NCBI GenBank assembly: GCA_045597465.1
Contig: JAZLKG010000035.1
Span: forward strand, 51,740-115,739
Source of the DNA: Bacteroidales bacterium
GTDB lineage: Bacteria > Bacteroidota > Bacteroidia > Bacteroidales > UBA3824
Direction of reading: 5' to 3'
DNA: 64,000 nucleotides
Position 1 is the first letter of the stretch. Each line of letters starts with the position of its first letter. The translations under genes were made by a program, and so were the position numbers. The notes under the pieces were generated by a model. The model searched no databases and was not told where the DNA came from. It worked only from the letters and a program-made list of their open reading frames with translations. Of this stretch, positions 63,404 through 64,000 are shown piece after piece.

Positions 63404-63955
63404 ATCTGTGTACATTTTTCAACTTGCAAATATAAGAAAGATTTTGGGATTTATTTGCAAAAATATCGTTTTTTATTAAAATGAAATCTAATTGGAAAAT
63501 TTTTAAACGAGAAAACAAGCACTGTAATTCATTACTGACACTTTGGGTGCTTAGAAAACGGCCAAAAACAAGTTTTGACCGAAAACGCCTAATGCAGAAA
63601 AACAAAACATAGAAAACCATAGAAAGTTTGTTTTCTCCCGTTTTGTTTTCTGCGTTTAAGCATTTTGAGGTTATGACAATAACCGGTTTTCTGCGCTCCA
63701 AATCAGATATAATGTATTTGAGCGCGTTTTCTTGTTATAATAAGTGCTTAAGTTGGGTTGTTGATGACTGGGAAATTTTCTCAGCATTGCTGAGAAAATT
63801 TGCTTATTTTTCAGCTGAAAAAAATATTTTGAAAAAACGGCTAAAGTTTGCAAAAGTTTGAATATCTTTGACGGCTACTTTCTGCGCCGATACTTACTAT
63901 GTAAGTATCAGCGCAGATGTAAAGGAAAATAAATAAATCAATCACCCAAATAAAA

Positions 63956-64000
63956 ATGGAAAAAAGTAATTTAATGAAGTTGCTGATCTCCACTGTTATC
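63956..64000 (+). CDS. Possible start of a gene running off the window end
   Basis: Only 15 codons are visible (MEKSNLMKLLISTVI), preceded by an A-rich region. This is not enough sequence to judge. Confidence 0.25.
   Translation, partial: MEKSNLMKLLISTVI

Noticed and set aside
1-64000. A search for prophage, integrative element, transposase, integrase, rRNA or additional tRNA genes.
   Set aside because: No ORF product showed recombinase, transposase or phage structural motifs, and only one tRNA-like cloverleaf was found.

Overview
This is a 64 kb chromosomal segment that looks Bacteroidota/Bacteroidales: TAnnTTTG -7 promoter boxes sit ahead of many genes, there are BspA/DUF285 lipoproteins, and the gene families fit. 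I call about 55 protein genes and one tRNA(CAT), and I saw no rRNA, CRISPR, integrase or transposase. The housekeeping backbone is dut, hemW, rpiB, nadA, dnaG, cysS, tsaB, a UbiD-type decarboxylase, lspA, ileS, efp, comEC, metF, asnA, rnhB, tyrS, pheS and a cyclophilin. Five things stand out. (1) A tightly packed three-gene operon at 33.6-38.9 kb encodes a tandem TIR-like protein, a 1085-aa transmembrane novel-STAND NTPase with a coiled coil and seven propeller-like blades, and a membrane-anchored PP2C phosphatase. I do not recognise this as a described system, and it is my best candidate for a novel conflict or signalling module. (2) The rpiB-nadA spacer (4.94-5.46 kb) holds 3 perfect and 6 one-mismatch DnaA boxes followed by an AT-rich tract, so it is a candidate oriC. 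(3) Two AT-richer accessory regions (28.4-33.6 kb and 49.0-60.1 kb) carry BspA-like lipoprotein cassettes, three AAA ATPase/PD-(D/E)xK fusions, Fic, GxxExxY and YhcG nucleases. They are full of private repeat families: direct-repeat arrays phased at 32-33 bp just upstream of the ATPase genes, two 73-nt palindromic elements with compensatory changes, 34-bp inverted repeats around the GxxExxY gene, and ghost copies of gene 3' ends. (4) There is a structured leader or sRNA candidate at 56.7-57.0 kb. (5) The aaRS gene spacers form hairpins with alternative pairing options. All coordinates were derived by hand from the sequence and anchored on ORF-track boundaries, so small elements may be off by 1-2 nt.
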